Assembly: GCF_006345805.1 (NCBI RefSeq)
Contig: NW_021829872.1
Location: forward strand, 1 to 41,014
From: Octopus sinensis
Taxonomy: Eukaryota
Length of the DNA stretch: 41,014 bases
Direction: 5' to 3'
Shown here piece after piece: positions 35,200-41,014 of this stretch. The notes beneath the pieces were generated by a model, which ran no database searches, was not told the DNA's origin, and saw nothing but the letters and a program-made list of their open reading frames with translations. A program made the position numbers and the translations under genes. How positions within the stretch are numbered: position 1 is the first letter of the stretch; every line of letters starts with the position of its first letter.

Positions 35200-35500
35200 T
35201 AAGAGGACTGGAACAGCCCTGCATAGGTTTTTCTCTGTAAGGACAAGCATAGGAGAGTATTTCCCTTTTTCTCATAGTGTTGCTACGTGTATCTTCATAA
35301 CGCCAGATACACTTTGTGATATTAAAATAAAAGACAGTCGTGATTTTTTGCATCAAGCAACATTATTGTATGCACAAGTTCTTTTGTGTGAGAGATTGAG
35401 CATATGTCCAAATAGTGTAACAAAGGGTGAACGTTACGTGACGGAGTTTAAAAAAAGAATGTCAAAATTAATTTGTATCAGGACTCTCTATGGCAATTTA
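35200..35500 (-). mobile_element. Possible MULE transposase remnant
   Basis: Only the FNITKCIWR segment resembles the MULE FHxxQxIWR motif; weak. Confidence 0.3.
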
Positions 35501-36320
35501 ATTATTTTTGTATTCAAAAATAAGAGATTTCTTTAATGTCGGGCAACCCCTGAGGGTCGCTTACTGTGCCTTTAGAGCCCAATTTCTTTCAGAACCATGT
35601 AGCTTTTTACAGTGGCCTAAAAGCCGATGATTATCCATTTGCCCCAATCATTATTTATTTAGTCTATATAAATATTTTAATATTTTATCAAGTTCAATCT
35701 AAAATTAGATTAAACGTTTTTTCTTTATTCTCTGTTTGTGAACAACTTACCCATTATTTACAATCTATTGAGTTCTCAAATAAACGCATTATCACTACAT
35801 ACAAAAGAAAAAAGCGCCCAATCCTTTTAATCACGACCATAGAAAACCACTATAAGAACATTGAAGAGCCGAATGCTAGCGCCCAGAGCATGAAACTTTA
35901 ACTGTATTTCAAAACCGGCAACCTCAGAGGCGATATACAATGTTATTGGTAGCTACGAACAAAATTCGTGGATCAGCATCAACTATAACATAAGAACCCC
36001 CATCTAATACTAGTTTTGCTCATGTTTACGAACAACGTTGAATTCTATAGTTATTGACATGATAAGACATGCATGAACAAAGCTTTCTATTGAAATTAAT
36101 CTAACTAATCTCGAATAATATATAATTTTCCTACGATGTTATTTACCATATTTTTCATCTTAATAAAATTCTTGAAAATGTCTAAATTTGCCTTAACATA
36201 AACTGCAAATCCAGTAAAAATAGTATTTCATTTAACGTACAAAAATAAAGGAGACAAAATTAATTTGGATGCTGGATATGTGTATTTTTTCACGTTTCAA
36301 ATAAAAACAATAATAGTTGA

Positions 36321-36534
36321 ATGTCCCCTTGTAATGTCCCCTTTGAGTCAATGCGTGACGATATTAGGGCCCACTACTTAACCATGGTAAAGGACGCCCT
36401 CAAGACGTTTCTGCGGCCTGATTATCCTTCTTTCTTGTTAGGGCATGGGCGGGATGGTTTCAATATGTCTTCGAATAAATCAAACTTTAAGAAGGATTCT
36501 GTGCAAAAGGCCAAACCTAAGACTTCGTGTAAAC
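36321..36534 (+). pseudogene. 5' part of a putative RNA-virus capsid-like EVE (split by hAT)
   Basis: Open frame ..HYLTMVKDALKTFLRPDYPSFLLGHGRDGFNMSSNKSNFKKDSVQKAKPKTSCK. It continues at 38729 once the hAT and one TSD are removed. Confidence 0.4.
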
Positions 36535-38728
36535 CAGAGGTTTCCAAGCTTTTTTTTACGCGCCTCCCTTAGAGAAAAAGTACAATCTTGCGCCTCCCTT
36601 TATATTCCATAATATAATACAATTATTATTTTATCAAAAACAATTTTTTAAAACAAAAAGTTAATGAGATAATTTTTTTTCCATCTTGGCGCAAAGTTTT
36701 TCAAATCTTGGTGTCATCGCAGAGAGTGCTACTCTTAGCTCATTAGTCACTACTAAACGAGTTCGATATTTAGATTTAATTGCAGCTAGTGCAGAAAATC
36801 CAGTTTCGCATAAATATGAAGTAGCAAATGGCAACAAAACTTTCATTGCTTTATTCGACAAAATTTCATATTCCGTTCTTACATTCAACCAAAAAGAAAT
36901 TAGCGGTTCTCTCTCAAATTTTTGTTTCAATAATGTATCGCATGACAATTCTATCAATTTTTTTTTCAAAAGTTGTCAATGCAAATTGATTATCTTCTTC
37001 ATCAATAATGGATTCTGTATCCATTCGAACATTTTACAGTCGAGATCTTTAAAATAGTGAGCAAAATGCTTCAACAAACAATCCAAATGTTCAGCAAATA
37101 TGTCTTTGTTTGCTTCAATGTTCACTATGGCGCAAAAGGTGTTTAAAAGTGGAAACATGTCATAGATATTTTTTTTGTATATTTGATTTCCATAATACCA
37201 ATTTTTTCATAAATGCTTTTATTTTGTCCTTTTGAGAGAATAAATGTAGTTGTGGTCCCTGCATTGATTTATTCAATATACTCAATTTCCCAAAAATGTC
37301 AACTAAATAGGCAAATTTGACAATAAAGTCATCATCCCTGAACAACTTTGCATCTTCAATATCATTTTCATCAAGAAAATCTGCAACTTGATCTTTGAGT
37401 TCAAACACCCTTCTAATCACTTTTGCACGAGATAGCCAGCGTACCTCACAATAGTATAAAAGCGATGTATATTTTGAATCCATATCTTCACACAGCTTTG
37501 CAAAAAGCTTAGCTCTTAAAGGACTGTGTTTTATGTAGTTTATAACTTTTGTAATTTGCGCAAAAATATCGTTCAGTTCTGGACTCATATTCTTTGAGAC
37601 AAGTGCTGATCTGTGCAGCATGCAGTGCGTCCAGATAATTTCTGGTGCTCTGTTTTTTACAAGAGCTTGAAGACCAGATTTATTTCCTGACATTGACTGT
37701 GCTCCGTCTGTACAAAGTCCAACACAATTGATCCATTCTATGTTATTTTCTTCAAAAAAAGTATCAATTATATTAAAAATTTCATTGGCCGTGCTCCTTC
37801 CAGGAAATGGTTTGCAGAATAATAGATCTTCTATTATTGTACTTTCTTCAGCATATCTGACATATGCAATTAAATGTGCATTTTTATTTATGTCAGCTCC
37901 CTCATCAACTTGTATAGCAAATTTACAGTTACGTAGTCGAGAACCAACTGATCACAAAGATCTTCAGATATGTCATCAATTCTTCTAGCGACTGTGTTAT
38001 CAGCAAGCGGTATTTGCTGTAATTGTTTTGCATAGGATTCGCCAAACATTGCTTCAACCATATCGATAGCTGCTGGCAAAACTAGAGTTTCTCCGATATT
38101 GTGCGGTTTCTTGCATTTTGCAATCCTGTAAGAAACTTTGTACGATACTAGTAAAGCATTTGAAGAGACAGAAACAAGTTTTTTTAACGATTTCGTTTGG
38201 TTATCAAACTCTTCTAATTTTCTTTTAAAAAATTCTTCAGACTTATGGACATGTTCAGAATGCATCGTTTCAAAATGTCTTCTTAATTTGCATGGCCTCA
38301 TACTATCTGCTGCAAGTGTTTTGAGGCAAAGCAAATAGAGGGGTTTTTCCATAGAATCAACAAAGATACGTGTGAATCCTAACAATAAGTAAGATGGAAA
38401 GTATTTTCTTGTCTTTGGAGTGGTATTGATTATATTCCAATCTTTTGATTTTTTGAACCATCATCATCAAAATCTTTATTATTCGTGAATTTTCTTTTGC
38501 AACCACTCAAGAATTTATTCATGTGTTAAAATTATTTAATTGTCTAATAAATTAAATAAATTTTTGAAAAAATATAATTTTTAAATTAATAACTCTTATT
38601 ATCGGAATAGTCACGTTTTTTACATAGATATAATTTTCTAAAAATGTTTCTGAAATACTTTTCGCGCCTCCCTTGACACGAGTCAACGCCTCCCTAGGGA
38701 GGCGCGCCTCCCCATTTGGAAACCTCTG
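36535..38728 (-). mobile_element. Buster/Charlie-type hAT transposon, complete (copy 1)
   Basis: 13-bp perfect TIRs CAGAGGTTTCCAA, an 8-bp TSD GTGTAAAC (36527-36534, 38729-38736; TA at positions 4-5) and gcgcctcc subterminal repeats. Transposase ATG 38522 to stop 36661, with SMRPCKLRRH, CTDGA, WTHCMLHR, VRWLSR, LLPFATSYLCETGFS. Frameshifts in homopolymers. Confidence 0.97.
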
Positions 38729-39072
38729 GTGTAAACCAAAGAAAACTCAACTACGACAACGTCGCGTTCGCATCTCCTCAAACGTCTGCCGTTAGAGCCC
38801 TGACCCAGCGCGTCAATACCTTGAGTCTTCAACTCAAGCGTGCTGAGGGGACCCCGGATCGTGTTTTGAAACAGCAACGCGTGTTCATTTCACAACCGGA
38901 TGTTCCCCCAAATTTGGAGGCTGGGAGCATCATTGATGACATTCCAGTTAGTTTTTCTGCGTGCCACGACGCTTAGGTTTCGGCCCAAGTCTTATCATAT
39001 GACTTTTGGAGGCCAAAGTTCGTACGTTACCACGTTCGGACTGGGCTTTTCACCTCATCGAATGGTCTATAT
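38729..39072 (+). pseudogene. 3' part of putative +ssRNA virus jelly-roll capsid-like EVE
   Basis: Basic arm KPKKTQLRQRRVR, then SAVRALTQRVNTLSLQL..LEAGSIIDDIPVS..A*VSAQVLSYDFWRPKFVRYHVRTGLFTSSNG. The pattern resembles the S-domain start of noda/tombus-like capsids. One shift and one stop. Confidence 0.5.
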
Positions 39073-41014
39073 CAGAGGTTTCCAAGCTTTTTTTCGCGCC
39101 TCCCTTAGAGAAAAAGTACAATCTTGCGCCTCCCTTTATATTCCATAATATAATACAATTATTATTTTATCAAAAACAATTTTTTAAAACAAAAAGTTAA
39201 TGAGATAATTTTTTTCCATCTTGGCGCAAAGTTTTTCAAATCTTGGTGTCATCGCAGAGAGTGCTACTCTTAGCTCATTAGTCACTACTAAACGAGTTCG
39301 ATATTTAGATTTAATTGCAGCTAGTGCAGAAAATCCAGTTTCGCATAAATATGAAGTAGCAAATGGCAACAAAACTTTCATTGCTTTATTCGACAAAATT
39401 TCATATTCCGTTCTTACATTCAACCAAAAAGAAATTAGCGGTTCTCTCTCAAATTTTTGTTTCAATAATGTATCGCATGACAATTCTATCAATTTTTCTT
39501 TTTCAAAAGTTGTCAATGCAAATTGATTATCTTCTTCATCAATAAATGGATTCTGTATCCATTCGAACATTTTACAGTCGAGATCTTTAAAATAGTGAGC
39601 AAAATGCTTCAACAAACAATCCAAATGTTCAGCAAATATGTCTTTGTTTGCTTCAATGTTCACTATGGCGCAAAAGGTGTTTAAAAGTGGAAACATGTCA
39701 TAGATATTTTTTTGTATATTTGATTTCCATAATACCAATTTTTTCATAAATGCTTTTATTTTGTCCTTTTGAGAGAATAAATGTAGTTGTGGTCCCTGCA
39801 TTGATTTATTCAATATACTCAATTTCCCAAAAATGTCAACTAAATAGGCAAATTTGACAATAAAGTCATCATCCCTGAACAACTTTGCATCTTCAATATC
39901 ATTTTCATCAAGAAAATCTGCAACTTGATCTTTGAGTTCAAACACCCTTCTAATCACTTTTGCACGAGATAGCCAGCGTACCTCACAATAGTATAAAAGC
40001 GATGTATATTTTGAATCCATATCTTCACACAGCTTTGCAAAAAGCTTAGCTCTTAAAGGACTGTGTTTTATGTAGTTTATAACTTTTGTAATTTGCGCAA
40101 AAATATCGTTCAGTTCTGGACTCATATTCTTTGAGACAAATGCTGATCTGTGCAGCATGCAGTGCGTCCAGATAATTTCTGGTGCTCTGTTTTTTACAAG
40201 AGCTTGAAGACCAGATTTATTCCTGACATTGACTGTGCTCCGTCTGTACAAAGTCCAACACAATTGATCCATTCTATGTTATTTTCTTCAAAAAAAGTAT
40301 CAATTATATTAAAAATTTCATTGGCCGTGCTCCTTCCAGGAAATGGTTTGCAGAATAATAGATCTTCTATTATTGTACTTTCTTCAGCATATCTGACATA
40401 TGCAATTAAATGTGCATTTTTATTTATGTCAGCTCCCTCATCAACTTGTATAGCAAATTTACAGTTACGTAGTCGAGAAACCAACTGATCACAAAGATCT
40501 TCAGATATGTCATCAATTCTTCTAGCGACTGTGTTATCAGCAAGCGGTATTTGCTGTAATTGTTTTGCATAGGATTCGCCAAACATTGCTTCAACCATAT
40601 CGATAGCTGCTGGCAAAACTAGAGTTTCTCCGATATTGTGCGGTTTCTTGCATTTTGCAATCCTGTAAGAAACTTTGTACGATACTAGTAAAGCATTTGA
40701 AGAGACAGAAACAAGTTTTTTTAACGATTTCGTTTGGTTATCAAACTCTTCTAATTTTCTTTTAAAAATTTCTTCAGACTTATGGACATGTTCAGAATGC
40801 ATCGTTTCAAAATGTCTTCTTAATTTGCATGGCCTCATACTATCTGCTGCAAGTGTTTTGAGGCAAAGCAAATAGAGGGGTTTTTCCATAGAATCAACAA
40901 AGATACGTGTGAATCCTAACAATAAGTAAGATGGAAAGTATTTTCTTGTCTTTGGAGTGGTATTGATTATATTCCAATCATTTTGATTTTTTGAACCATC
41001 ATCAAAATCTTTAT
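39073..41014 (-). mobile_element. Buster-type hAT transposon (copy 2), runs off window end
   Basis: Same TIR CAGAGGTTTCCAAG at 39073, preceded by GTCTATAT (TA at positions 4-5). Nearly identical to copy 1; ORFs 39184-40272 and 40194-40922. Confidence 0.97.

Noticed and set aside
36686-40875. Plus-strand ORFs (36686, 37728, 38138, 39221, 39363, 40150, 40675)
   Set aside because: They are antisense shadows of the hAT transposase, duplicated with the element.

Overview
An AT-rich eukaryotic window that is almost entirely a nested graveyard of transposable elements. No intact host gene was found. DNA transposons: Tigger/pogo (at least 5 remnants), two near-identical Buster-type hAT copies plus an older hAT, a Merlin, Ginger2/TDD-like integrase elements (2 TIR-bounded, 2 remnants) and a foldback-like Tc1/IS630 element. 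Non-LTR retrotransposon pieces belong to the CRE, RTE and R4/NeSL-like groups. The one recognisable host gene is a CCT-alpha (TCP1) pseudogene on the minus strand. It has 25-30 nt introns at positions that match, from recall, human TCP1 introns. It is split by a ~6.7 kb composite insertion bracketed by a ~70 bp direct duplication. That insertion carries a decayed rhabdovirus-type (VSV-G-like) glycoprotein gene. A second probable RNA-virus relic, a jelly-roll-capsid-like sequence, reappears when the hAT at 36535-38728 is removed at its 8-bp TSD. A third, unassigned ORF is followed by a rhabdovirus-like gene-end motif. All family assignments come from motif recognition by eye, not database searches. 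Many frameshifts lie in homopolymers and may be sequencing errors. The host species cannot be determined from this window.
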